Assembly: GCA_963844715.1 (NCBI GenBank)
Contig: CAWJPJ010000007.1
Location: forward strand, 608,001-672,000
Direction: 5' to 3'
Source: an uncultured Phycisphaerales bacterium
Lineage (GTDB): Bacteria; Planctomycetota; Phycisphaerae; Tepidisphaerales; Tepidisphaeraceae
Length of the DNA: 64,000 nt
This document shows, in pieces, positions 31,838 through 42,658 of this stretch (positions within the stretch are counted from its first letter, which is position 1; each line of letters opens with the position of its first letter). A program made the translations under genes and the position numbers. The notes beneath the pieces were generated by a model that made no database searches, was not told the DNA's origin, and saw only the letters and a program-made list of their open reading frames with translations.

Positions 31838-32488
31838 ATGAAATTATCCAAACTAATACCCTTGGCTATTCTCCTTTGCCCGATTCTTGCCGTGGCGGAA
31901 GCGCCGTCGAGCGGCCCGTCGCCGATGTACCAACCCTCGGATTTCAGCCCGCAATTCCGCGCTCGCGTGATGGGGACCGGACGCTACTACTCCTCCGGCG
32001 CGGATTGGGACGACATGATCAAATTTCTTCAGACCAACGCCCCGCACCGCGCTCGAGTGATCGATGAGACCGATGCCTGGGACAATCCCACGGCTCGGAA
32101 CGCGCTGCTGAAACGTTGGCGCGATTATCGTTTCGTCGAGGAGCATTTCCCCGAGGTCGCCGATCTGCGGGTGAAACGGTTCCAGATTGAGGACCAAATC
32201 TTCGGCCTCGAGCTTCAGGTCAAGCGCGATCCCTCGATTCTGGAGAGTATCCGCCCGGAAATCCGCCTGAAGGCGGCCGTCCTGGTGGATCTCTCCATTC
32301 AGGAGCGGCAGCGCCGCATCGCCAAGCTGCAAAACCTGCTGCAGCAGGAGCAGCAGCGCCTCGCCGATGAGCAGACACAGCAAAACGCCCAAGTGGATCA
32401 ACGCACGCAGCGGATCATGGATCGCATCGAGCGAGATATGCCCAAGGCCGCCCCCGAGGGTCCGCAAACCCAGCCGTCACCTCAATAA
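31838..32488 (+). CDS. exported helical/coiled-coil protein
   Basis: Signal peptide; Q/E/R-rich coiled coil; third gene of the ECF operon. Confidence 0.65.
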   Translation: MKLSKLIPLAILLCPILAVAEAPSSGPSPMYQPSDFSPQFRARVMGTGRYYSSGADWDDMIKFLQTNAPHRARVIDETDAWDNPTARNALLKRWRDYRFVEEHFPEVADLRVKRFQIEDQIFGLELQVKRDPSILESIRPEIRLKAAVLVDLSIQERQRRIAKLQNLLQQEQQRLADEQTQQNAQVDQRTQRIMDRIERDMPKAAPEGPQTQPSPQ

Positions 32489-32489
32489 A

Positions 32490-32607
32490 GATGCAACCGC
32501 AGAGACGCGGAGGCGCGGGGACAGACGCGGAGAATTCAAATTCCTTTTTTAAAGAATTGAATTGGATTTCTCCGCGTCTGCCTCCGCGCCTCTGCGGTTG
32601 CATTTTA
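32490..32607. repeat. long REP-like inverted repeat between convergent genes
   Basis: atgcaaccgcagagacgcggaggc...agacgcggagaa pairs with ttctccgcgtctgcctccgcgcctctgcggttgcat around an AT-rich spacer. Confidence 0.8.
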
Positions 32608-32615
32608 ATCGGGAA

Positions 32616-32663
32616 CAAAAAAAGAAGCGGCCGGGATCTCCCTCCGGTGAATCCCAGCCGCCC
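32616..32663 (-). terminator. intrinsic terminator of the response-regulator gene
   Basis: On the minus strand: gcggctgggat...atcccggccgc followed by ttcttttttt. Confidence 0.7.
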
Positions 32664-32725
32664 ATCCGATTCTTGTTCGGCCCGCCCACTCCACAGGATA
32701 AGGCGAGCGGACCGTGAGACTCGTG

Positions 32726-33310
32726 TTAGTAGACCACGGCCACGGCGTCCTCAACCGCCTCGATCACCTGACGCACGTGGAACGGCTTGCGCAGAAATCC
32801 ATCGAATCCCGAAGCCAGCAATCCCTTCGCTTCCTCTTCGGTCATCTTTCCGCTCATCGCGATCACCTTGGTCAATTGCAGATCCGCGTTCGCCTTGACG
32901 TGCTTGGCGACTTCGCGCCCGTCAATGTCGCGCAGATGCATGTCCAGAAGGATCACGTGAGGGCGGAACTTTTCCGCGAGCACGCCGGCGGCAAACCCGC
33001 CCTTGGCGACCTCTACCTCGTATTTTGCTTCGTCCTCGAGGATTTTTTCCAGGACTTCGACGATGTCCTGCTCCTCGTCGACGATCATGACGCGCGTGAC
33101 GCCCGTCATCAGGCCGTTGAGCGGCATGCCATGCATCTTCATGAATCGGATCAGTTGATTCAGGGGGATGCGCCGATCCTTGCTGCCGGGAATCCGGTAC
33201 CCGTGCAGGGCGCCGCTGTCGAACCATTTGCTCACGGTTCGCGGCGCGACGTTGCAAATCTTGGCGACTTCGCCCGTCGTAAGAACGTCTTTTACCTTCG
33301 TGGCGTTCAT
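32726..33310 (-). CDS. response regulator with N-terminal excisionase-like HTH
   Basis: LTTGEVAKICNVAPRTVSKWFD HTH; REC domain with VILLD and KPF. Confidence 0.9.
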   Translation of the reverse strand: MNATKVKDVLTTGEVAKICNVAPRTVSKWFDSGALHGYRIPGSKDRRIPLNQLIRFMKMHGMPLNGLMTGVTRVMIVDEEQDIVEVLEKILEDEAKYEVEVAKGGFAAGVLAEKFRPHVILLDMHLRDIDGREVAKHVKANADLQLTKVIAMSGKMTEEEAKGLLASGFDGFLRKPFHVRQVIEAVEDAVAVVY

Positions 33311-33629
33311 TGCATTTTCTCCTCTCCAGAGTCGATCGCCCGCGACGCGTCTCCCACTCCGATCACCCACGTTTGCGCGGCGCAGCAGTCTTGTTTCTTA
33401 TCGACCTGCGGTTTGGAACCTTTAGACCAACTGCGCAGTTTCTAGCGGACTCTAGGAAAAGGCTGAAAATTCGACGTTTATTGGTCATTCTTGCGCTCAC
33501 CGGCCCTGGCAGCCCATTGGCCGCGTCCGAGAACCATCGGGTTTCCCCATCTTGCCTGGACATGCGCAACCGTTCTCGGACCTCGCCGGCATGTTGAGAA
33601 ACGCTTTCTGAGGATATAAACCTACATCT

Positions 33630-34698
<1,069 letters not shown>

Positions 34699-34793
34699 AC
34701 CTCAGTTTCCCGCCGCGCCCCGCGGTAATTTTTATTGCCACCGATTCTTGGCTTGATAGAATCGCCCGCGCCTTTCTTTCAGGGGAAGAGAAT

Positions 34794-35138
34794 TTGTCCG
34801 ACGAATCGCCCGATGCGGAATATGACCTGGCTCCGATCCAGAAGCCGGTCCGTCCCATCTCCAAGCCCAAGCCTCCGCCGGTGCTGGCATATCAGCGGGC
34901 TGAGCCGCTTCAGCCGGTCCAGGCGGACTTGCCGGCCGCGCCGAAGAATGTTCTAACCGCTTCGGAAAAAGCGGGATATTGGGTGAAGATTCTGGGCTCA
35001 TTGGCCGTCATCGGCCTTGGCATCGCGCTGGTGTGGTACATCTCGATGTGGATTGGGTTTGCGGTGGTGGGGCTTGGCTTGGCGTACTTGATGTTTTCCG
35101 GCCCCAGCGATTCCGAAAAACGGGGATATCACTTTTAG
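34794..35138 (+). CDS. small two-TM hypothetical protein
   Basis: Pro-rich N-terminus plus two TM helices; purine-rich RBS. Confidence 0.6.
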   Translation: MSDESPDAEYDLAPIQKPVRPISKPKPPPVLAYQRAEPLQPVQADLPAAPKNVLTASEKAGYWVKILGSLAVIGLGIALVWYISMWIGFAVVGLGLAYLMFSGPSDSEKRGYHF

Positions 35139-35197
35139 AAGCCGGGCAAGCCGGCCTGGATTTGGGTGTCGGAGGATTTTGACCTAGAATTAGGCGG

Positions 35198-36173
35198 ATG
35201 CCTGAAAAGTTGATCATCATTGGTTCGGGTCCCGCCGGGTGGACGTGCAGCCCTTTACGCGGCCCGGGCCAATCTCGATCCGATCGTTTATGAAGGGGCC
35301 ATCAGCGAGGAAAACCGGATTCGAGGCACCCTTCCCCTCGGGCAGCTCAATCTCACCAGCGAGGTCGAGAATTTTCCTGGATTTCCCAAAGGGGTGATCG
35401 GCCCAGATCTGATGGAAGCAATGCGCCAGCAGGCCGAACGATTCGGCACGCGCATCGTGACTGAGGACATCGTGTCCGTTGATCTTTCCCAGCGGCCGTT
35501 TGCATTGAAGGATACCGCCGGCGCGACGCTCTCAGCACACGCCGTCGTCATCGCCACCGGCGCCAGTGCAAATTATCTCGGGCTGCCTTCCGAGCATCGA
35601 TACAAGAATTTCGGCGTCTCCGCCTGCGCCGTCTGCGACGGGGCGCTGCCGCGTTTTCGCAATAAGCCGCTGGTCGTGGTGGGCGGGGGGGATTCGGCGG
35701 CCGAAGAGGCGTCGTATCTCGCCAAATTCGCCAGCCGGGTCTTTCTCGTGCATCGCCGCGACGCGCTTCGCGCCAGCAAGATCATGGCCGATCGCTTGCT
35801 GAGCAATCCCAAGGTCAAGCCGGTTTGGAATTCGGTCGTTGAAGAAGTGCTCGGCGACGATGAGCGCGGCGTGACGGCCGTGCGCGTCAAGAATGTGCAG
35901 AACGACCAGAGAACCGATCTCGAAGCGGTTGGAATGTTTGCCGCCATCGGGCACACGCCCAACACGGGGTTCCTGAAGGGCCAGCTCGAGCTGGACCCCA
36001 AGGGCTTTATTCATCTGAAAGATCCGTACCGGACCACGACGAGTGTGGAGGGGGTATTCGCCGCCGGCGACGTTGCCGACCCGGTGTATAAACAAGCGAT
36101 CACCGCCGCGGGGATGGGATGTAAGGCCGCGCTCGATGCCGAGCGTTGGCTGGCGGAACAGGGTATCCACTAG
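35198..36173 (+). CDS. trxB: thioredoxin-disulfide reductase (frameshift near 35220)
   Basis: [32 protein letters not shown]. Confidence 0.95.
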
Positions 36174-36180
36174 GCCAATC

Positions 36181-36968
36181 ATGCGACGATTTTTCGTCGT
36201 CAACCTGGCGTTGTCTCTTTTCGTCGCAACGCTCAGCCGCGCCGCGACGACCACCACGTCTCCAACGACGCTGCCCGAAGCTCCCTCCCCGTCCGAGCCC
36301 GCCGACCAGGCGGCTCCGCGCATGGGGCACAACGGCCAAGTTTCCGATTATTTCATGAAGATGCACATCATGTTTCTCCAGCAGCGCAGCTGGGGGGAAT
36401 CAATCTCCTATTCCTGGGCGACGCTCTGACGGACAACTGGCGAAAACCCGCCCCCGCGGGCGGATTGGAAATCTGGAACAAACGCTACGCCCCGCTGGGA
36501 GCCGCCAATTTCGGAGTCGGCGCCGACAAAACCCAAAACATCCTCTGGCGGATCGATCACGGCGAACTCGACGGCATCTCGCCGAAAGTCGTCGTTCTTC
36601 TGGCCGGCGCCAATAACATGGCGTATCGCGCGGACGATATTCTCCTGGGCGATATGGCGATCGTTCAGGACATTCACCAAAAGCTTCCGCTGTCGAAGCT
36701 TCTGATCCTGGGCATTTTTCCGCGCGGAGCCGATCCCGATAACCCTGTGGTCGCTTCCATGCGTGACAAAATAAAGAAGGTCAACACCGGGCTCGCCCAG
36801 CTCGACGACGGCCAGATGACGCGCTATCTCGACATCGGCCCCAAATTCCTGGGCGACAAGGATGTGCTTCTCACCAATCTCATCCCGGACGGCTTTCATC
36901 TCAATTCGCAGGGATATCAGACTTGGGCGGACGCGATGCAGGATACCCTTGACGATATGATGAAATAG
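36181..36968 (+). CDS. exported SGNH/GDSL hydrolase-fold protein (frameshift near 36395)
   Basis: Signal peptide; FLGDALT, NFGVGAD, GANN and PDGFHL blocks. Confidence 0.85.
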
Positions 36969-36970
36969 CC

Positions 36971-37335
36971 ATGGCGACTCGCCCGTTTGCTTTCCCGCGC
37001 AAGAGCCGATTATCCGGGCGACTGGCTTTCGCCGCCGTCTTCGACGCGAAGATAAAATTCTCGCGCGGGCCGCTGGCGGTTTATTCCAAACCGAATTCGC
37101 TTAGCTTCAACCGCTGGGGATTGAGCGTCCCGCGTCGCGTGGGCACGGCCGTGCGACGCAACCGCGCCAAGCGCTCCTGCGCGAATCGATGCGCTTGCTG
37201 CAAGCCGACCTTCCTGGCGGCTACGACGTCGTCATCGTGGTCCGCCCGCACGAACAACTCGCCCTGGCGGACTACCAGAAAATCCTCCGCGCCATGATGA
37301 TCAAATCGCACGAACATTGGGCTAAAATGGAATAA
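36971..37335 (+). CDS. rnpA: ribonuclease P protein (frameshift near 37170)
   Basis: FPRKSRL; GLSVPRRVGTAVRRNR RNR motif; YDVVIVVR in the shifted frame. Confidence 0.92.
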
Positions 37336-37541
37336 TGCGTCGCGTCCTAATCTGGCTGGTCTTGCTCTATCGAGCCACCTTAGGCCAATGGATGGGCGGC
37401 CATTGCCGTTACACGCCAAGCTGCAGCCAATACGCGATCGATGCGATCAATAAATACGGGGCTGTAAGGGGATCGTGCAAAGCGGTGGGGCGGGTGTGCC
37501 GGTGTCATCCGTGGGGCGGGAAAGGATATGACCCGGCGTAA
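37335..37541 (+). CDS. yidD: membrane protein insertion efficiency factor
   Basis: CRYTPSCSQYA...RCHPWGGKGYDP; follows rnpA. Confidence 0.95.
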   Translation: MRRVLIWLVLLYRATLGQWMGGHCRYTPSCSQYAIDAINKYGAVRGSCKAVGRVCRCHPWGGKGYDPA

Positions 37542-37600
37542 ACCCTATTTAGGGCAACAATATACTTGACAAATCATAGGCCGGTGGCTACAATCCTGGC

Positions 37601-38608
37601 ATGAACGCTGATAAACAGTTCCCGAAAACGCTTCTTGAAGTCGCACGGTACTTTTCTGATTTGGAAGTCGCGCACGATTTCCTTGTGAAGATGCGATGGC
37701 CTGACGGTCCCGCCTGTCCGCGTTGCGGCTCGACGAACGTCCGGTATCTGCCGAAGTATCGCCGCTTCCAATGCAGCAGCGCCCACACCAGCCGCCAGTT
37801 CACGGTTAAGACGGGATCGGTGATGGAGGATTCTCCGCTCGGTCTGGACAAGTGGATTGCCTGCATCTGGCTTGAAGTGAATTGCAAGAACAGCGTGAGC
37901 AGTTACGAGATTGCCCGCGACCTTGGCATTACCCAAAAGTCTGCATGGTTCATGCTTCACCGCGTCCGCCACGCTCTACACGTCGGATCGTTCGACAAGA
38001 AATTGGGCGGGATCGTGGAAGCGGATGAGACGCTTGTCGGCGGTCTGGCGATCAATATGCACAAGGCGGAGCGCAAGCGGAAGGTCGGAAAGACGACGGG
38101 CGGCGCTCACATGACGCCGGTGATGGGCTTGCTCGCTCGGCACGATGGCAAGAAACATAGCACGATCCGCACGGCGGTAGTTGGCACTCGACAAGGCGAC
38201 GAATTGCGTGCGGTTATCCGCAAAAACGTCGAGCCGGGCACCCATCTGTACACCGATGCCTACGGAGGTTATCGCCCGCTCAAAGATGAATATGTCCACC
38301 GATTCGTTGACCACGCTGAAAAGTACGTCGAGGGCGCGATCCACACGAATGGTCTGGAAAACTTCTGGGCGCTCTTTAAGCGGTGCATCAAAGGGACGCA
38401 CGTTTCAATCGAGCCGTGCCACCTTGGGGCCTACGTAGACTCGGAAGCATTCAGGTTCAATCACCGCGACCTGAAAGACTCTGGCCGGTTTGTTACGGCG
38501 GCAAAGGGTTTGCATGGCAAGCGATTGACCTACAAAGCGCTTACAGGCGCATTGGGGTCATCCCCCGTAAGCGGCAACGACGCGGGAAACGCAAACCCGG
38601 TTAATTGA
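37601..38608 (+). CDS. IS1595-family (ISXO2-like) DDE transposase
   Basis: RWPDGPACPRC zinc ribbon; HTH; VEADET, YTD, HTNGLENFW and FRFN motifs. Confidence 0.95.
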   Translation: MNADKQFPKTLLEVARYFSDLEVAHDFLVKMRWPDGPACPRCGSTNVRYLPKYRRFQCSSAHTSRQFTVKTGSVMEDSPLGLDKWIACIWLEVNCKNSVSSYEIARDLGITQKSAWFMLHRVRHALHVGSFDKKLGGIVEADETLVGGLAINMHKAERKRKVGKTTGGAHMTPVMGLLARHDGKKHSTIRTAVVGTRQGDELRAVIRKNVEPGTHLYTDAYGGYRPLKDEYVHRFVDHAEKYVEGAIHTNGLENFWALFKRCIKGTHVSIEPCHLGAYVDSEAFRFNHRDLKDSGRFVTAAKGLHGKRLTYKALTGALGSSPVSGNDAGNANPVN

Positions 38609-38623
38609 TGGTATAATGTGGCC

Positions 38624-38806
38624 ATGAACGATAAGGACGGCCCCGCCTCCTCCCATGAGGTTTCCGACCCCGCCGCCGCATTCCACCGGCTGGAACGTGC
38701 TACCCGCCACATAATGTCAGTTCCAAAGAAAAAGATTGCTACGCCGCCGTCTCCGAAAAAGACGGCGCAAAAAAGCGCTAGCACCCTCATTCAACAATTC
38801 ATTTGA
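38624..38806 (+). CDS. small basic IS accessory ORF
   Basis: TGgTATAAT 6 nt before the ATG; AFHRLERATRHIMSVPK. Confidence 0.55.
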   Translation: MNDKDGPASSHEVSDPAAAFHRLERATRHIMSVPKKKIATPPSPKKTAQKSASTLIQQFI

Positions 38807-38818
38807 CTTGGAGGAGCA

Positions 38819-39127
38819 ATGGAAGGATTTGCCGACAATCTCGGCTTTGTGCCCCTTTTGCCGAACACGAAAAACCCCCTTCTTGGTGACGATGTTCCGC
38901 AGAATTTGATCGGAGCGGAAATTGTGCGCTTCGGCGCGGTGGCAAAGCATATCGAAGGTGGTCTAGTGATCGAATATCGGCCGCGCGGTTCAATCGAAAT
39001 CCATCGCGTAGTTTTCGGCTTTGACGAACGCGCTATGTGGGTTGAGGATGGTCAGCCTTGTCACTATGAGCGGCGTTGTCCGGCGGATGTTCCGGTGGAA
39101 GAACCTCTGGAACATACTTCCGCATAA
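38819..39127 (+). CDS. hypothetical IS passenger protein
   Basis: GGAGGAG RBS; 102-aa ORF. Confidence 0.55.
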   Translation: MEGFADNLGFVPLLPNTKNPLLGDDVPQNLIGAEIVRFGAVAKHIEGGLVIEYRPRGSIEIHRVVFGFDERAMWVEDGQPCHYERRCPADVPVEEPLEHTSA

Positions 39128-39692
39128 CGTCGATTACGGTATGGGCCACGAATCCAGTTCCAGCCTTCATCGGCTCCTCATAGATATATCTCATTTTATC
39201 GAACGCCTCGGCTGAGACGGTTAATACTCCGCGAAGACTCGTATCTAACTGCGGGTATCGCTGCTTTAGCTCGGCCAGCAACGCCCCGCTGACAAGTTTG
39301 TTGTAGCGGGACTCTATTGCAATCTGTCTGGTTGAATTCAGGCCATTAAACAGCACGAGCAAATTGTGACCACGAATTACTTTTTTGGTGTCTAGAAACG
39401 TAATGCTCTTAAAATAAAGCTCCAGCGAGAAAGCCTGGAGCGCCATGGCTGGCACACACTCATAAACCTCATTTGTTGAGGGTGCGTAATACGAATGTTT
39501 CCCATCCGGCAGTCCAAACCGCCTCGATTGGATCAAGGCGAGTGTGTCAGCCGCCTCAAGGGTCGCCTCCGCCGTCAAATAGATATCGCGCGCTTGGACC
39601 GGAAATGGCGGGGATTCGTTGTCGCAATAGACGTTGAGCCGGATGCGAGGTATTCGCTGCCACTTTTTTTGCGGCTTAACTTCTTCGGCCAT
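39033..39692 (-). CDS. HEPN-like passenger protein
   Basis: AFSLELYFKSI...GHNLLVLF...FDKMRYIYE pattern; lower GC than flanking genes. Confidence 0.65.
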   Translation of the reverse strand: MAEEVKPQKKWQRIPRIRLNVYCDNESPPFPVQARDIYLTAEATLEAADTLALIQSRRFGLPDGKHSYYAPSTNEVYECVPAMALQAFSLELYFKSITFLDTKKVIRGHNLLVLFNGLNSTRQIAIESRYNKLVSGALLAELKQRYPQLDTSLRGVLTVSAEAFDKMRYIYEEPMKAGTGFVAHTVIDVMRKYVPEVLPPEHPPDNAAHSDKADHPQPT

Positions 39693-39765
39693 TTCACATT
39701 CCCCTGTTAGGCCGGAGAAGGATAGGGGAAAACACCTGATTTGCCAAGTATGTTGTTACCCTATT

Positions 39766-39835
39766 TAGCGGGTGAGCGCAGCTCGCCGTTCGGCCGCCAA
39801 TAGTCGGTCCCACGGCAAGCTGCGCTCGCCCGCTA
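39766..39835. repeat. REP-like inverted repeat pair
   Basis: tagcgggtgagcgcagctcgccgt / acggcaagctgcgctcgcccgcta (22/24 complementary). Confidence 0.8.
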
Positions 39836-39839
39836 ATTA

Positions 39840-40934
39840 TCAGCGAAGAAATTTCTTCAATCGATCAAACCGCTTCAAAACCCGCGCCTTCAACTCCGCG
39901 TGTCCCGGCTTGAACTCATGCCCGCGATTTGCAAGTCTCACGAACAGCTTCACCATATTCCGCCAATCCGCGACGTCGATGAACTCCGCTCCGAGCTGCT
40001 GGCGATGCGTGTCCATGTTGTGATAGTTCCCAAGGGCGACACACAACGAAGCGGCGGTGTAGCCGTAGATGTCGTAAACCGTCGCTTCGCAGGTTCCGCC
40101 GGGCATTAGGGCCCTCTGGTGCCGGAATGACGCGTCCCTTTTCTTCAGTTCATCCGCCTGCTGACCCAAAAAGTATGTCAGCCCGGAATTGAAAACACTG
40201 GTTCGATCCCCGACGCGAATGATGACCCCGTGCCCCTGCGGCGCGGCCGGCTGCACGCTGCTGCATTCAATCGCCACCACGCGATCGCTTTTCTTGAGCA
40301 GCTTTCCATCCTTACAGACGGCGATGCACCCGATGAACCCCTCCTCTTCCGCGCGCGTGAGGAGCACTGCCACCGGCGCCGAGGGCGGACGCCTGTGCAG
40401 CTCGTCCAGCATCGCCAGGCACGCCGCCGCGCCGCCCAGGTCATCCAGCGCCCGGCAATAGAATTTTCCGCCGTCGTACCTTCCCTCGCCCAGATCGAAC
40501 ATGCCCGGCGACCCCGCCGCAACCGGACCCTCGACTTCGACGATCACTTCATGCGGCACTGCCCGCTGGTCGTAATTCTCAACGGTCGTCTCCGCCACTA
40601 TTCCGCGTATTTCCCTTGTGCCGTCGAAAAATAGAACGTCTGTGCCGCGGACGTATTCGACTTTTACCCAGCCGCGAAAATCGGCGCGCAGATGACGTTG
40701 ATCGATCATCTCGCGCGCCACAAAGCCGGGATGATCCATGTGCGCTGTGAACACCCAGCGCGGATGACGCACTTTCCCGCGTCCTTTTAGTTCAATCAGC
40801 AGATTCCCCCAGCGATCGGTCCGCAGGGAAAGCTTCTTGCGCCGGCGCACAAAATCCTTGACGTATTCAACCACGCGACCTTCCGCGAAGGGAGCGGTCG
40901 GCACGGAGCAGAGCGATTGCAGAATGTCTGCCAT
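39840..40934 (-). CDS. M42/M20/M28-clan metallopeptidase
   Basis: AHMDHPG; ALDDLGG; AEEEGFIG; NYHN. Confidence 0.85.
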   Translation of the reverse strand: MADILQSLCSVPTAPFAEGRVVEYVKDFVRRRKKLSLRTDRWGNLLIELKGRGKVRHPRWVFTAHMDHPGFVAREMIDQRHLRADFRGWVKVEYVRGTDVLFFDGTREIRGIVAETTVENYDQRAVPHEVIVEVEGPVAAGSPGMFDLGEGRYDGGKFYCRALDDLGGAAACLAMLDELHRRPPSAPVAVLLTRAEEEGFIGCIAVCKDGKLLKKSDRVVAIECSSVQPAAPQGHGVIIRVGDRTSVFNSGLTYFLGQQADELKKRDASFRHQRALMPGGTCEATVYDIYGYTAASLCVALGNYHNMDTHRQQLGAEFIDVADWRNMVKLFVRLANRGHEFKPGHAELKARVLKRFDRLKKFLR

Positions 40935-40937
40935 GGA

Positions 40938-42297
40938 TTATTGGAAGGGATCGATGGCCGTGGAAAGATTCTCGAATCGCGTGGTTTTGCTGAGGAACGC
41001 GAGCTTCACGGTTCCCGTCGGGCCGTTGCGCTGCTTGGCGATGATCACCTCTGCCTGATTGTCGGGTATAAAATCCGGGTCCTGCATCTTGTAATAATCC
41101 TCGCGGTGCAGGAGCAAAATCACGTCGGCGTCCTGCTCGATGCTCCCGGATTCGCGAAGATCGCTCATTCGCGGGCGATGCCCCTCGCGGCCTTCGCTTT
41201 GTCGATTGAGCTGCGAAAGACAGATCACCGGGATATTCAATTCTCGCGCGATCGCTTTAACCGTACGGGAAATCTCGCTGATTTCCTGCTGGCGATTTTC
41301 CGCGCCGTGATTGTCCATGAGCTGCATGTAGTCGATCATGATGCATTTGACGTCGTGTTTGAGCTTCAAGCGTCTGGCCTTGGCGCGAAGATCCAGCGGC
41401 GTCAGCCCCGCCGAGTCGTCCACCCAGATCGGCGCTTTGGCCAATTCTCCGACGATCGACGCCAGCTTCGTATATTCCTGGCTGTTGAGCATCCCCTTCC
41501 GCAGCTTATGGGCGTCAATCTGCCCTCGGCTACAGAGCATTCGCTGCGCCAATTGCTGCTTGCTCATTTCCAGGGAGAAAATCCCGCAAGGCAGCCGATG
41601 ATCCGCCGCCATGTGTTCCATCAGATTGAGCGCAAACGCCGTTTTTCCCATCGAGGGCCTGGCGGCGACGATGATCATTTCCCCGTTCTGCAAGCCGTTC
41701 ATCATGTCGTCGAGTTCGTGGAATCCGGTTTCGACGCCGCGCTGGCCGCGGTTCTCGATCATCTCGAAGACTTCGTGCAGGACTTTTTCCATCGGCTCGA
41801 TGGCGTTGCCGACTTTTTTCTCGGTGATTTCGAAAATCCGCTTTTCGGCGCGATCCAGAATCACTTCCGCCTGCTCGTGCGGGGCATAGGCGTCGCGCAG
41901 GCAGTCGTTGCTGGCGGCGATAAGCTGACGGAGCAACGCCTTTTCGCGCACGATGTTGGCGTAATGCCCGCCGTGCGCAGGCCGAGGGGACGGTCCCCAG
42001 AATCTGCGCCATGTACCCCACGCCCCCGATTTCTTCCAAAACCTGGCGCTTGGCCAATTCTTCGGAAAGAATCACGGCATCAACGGGCCGATTTTGCTCG
42101 TAAAGCTTCACGATCACATCGAAAATGATCTGATGATCCGCCTGGTAGAAGGCGTTTCGATCGATCTGCTGCACGATGTTCCCGATCATCTCGCGATCGA
42201 GCATCATCGATGCCAGCAAACACATCTCAGCTTCAATCGAGTGGGGGGGAAGTCGGTCGAACTGATTGCCCAAGGCGGATTCGATTAACTGACTCAT
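40938..42297 (-). CDS. dnaB: replicative DNA helicase (frameshift near 41975)
   Basis: PPHSIEAE; ARPSMGKT; IDYMQL; DLRESGSIEQDAD; KQRNGPTG. Confidence 0.97.
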
Positions 42298-42409
42298 GAC
42301 AGGCATCCCTTCCTGAATCGGAGAAAGGCATTATGCGAACCCAAATCGCGGCGGGCAAGAATAATGATCCGCGCCCGACCGGGCCGCGAAAACTTTTACC
42401 GCCAGCAAG

Positions 42410-42442
42410 TTACGCACGGGCTATTCACAAGACTTATTCACA
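42410..42442 (+). promoter_or_regulatory. tandem DnaA-box cluster upstream of dnaB
   Basis: TTATTCACA (42434), CTATTCACA (42421), degenerate TTACGCACG (42410). Confidence 0.55.
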
Positions 42443-42658
42443 TCGCCTCGATGCGGAACCTACTTCGCGGCATCGCGAGCCCAAAATTGCGCTGCCCATA
42501 CCTCACTTTCTAAAAAAATCTTTCCACGGGCTTCCTCACTTAATGCCTTGGTTGGCAGTCCCTTAGGGCCTCCGAGAGGCTCCATTTTCCGTAATGATTT
42601 TGACTATTTGTGGTAAGGGATTATCTTATCATGGTACGAATCATAACGATTGAACGGT

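Larger units (their letters stand above)
37553..39760 (+). mobile_element. IS1595-family element with passenger genes (2208 bp)
   Basis: TIRs 37553-37576 and 39737-39760 (21/24 match); 8-bp TSD CTATTTAG at 37545-37552 and 39761-39768. Confidence 0.95.

Noticed and set aside
32490..32607. CRISPR array or ncRNA
   Set aside because: A single inverted repeat with no repeat-spacer periodicity and no cas genes
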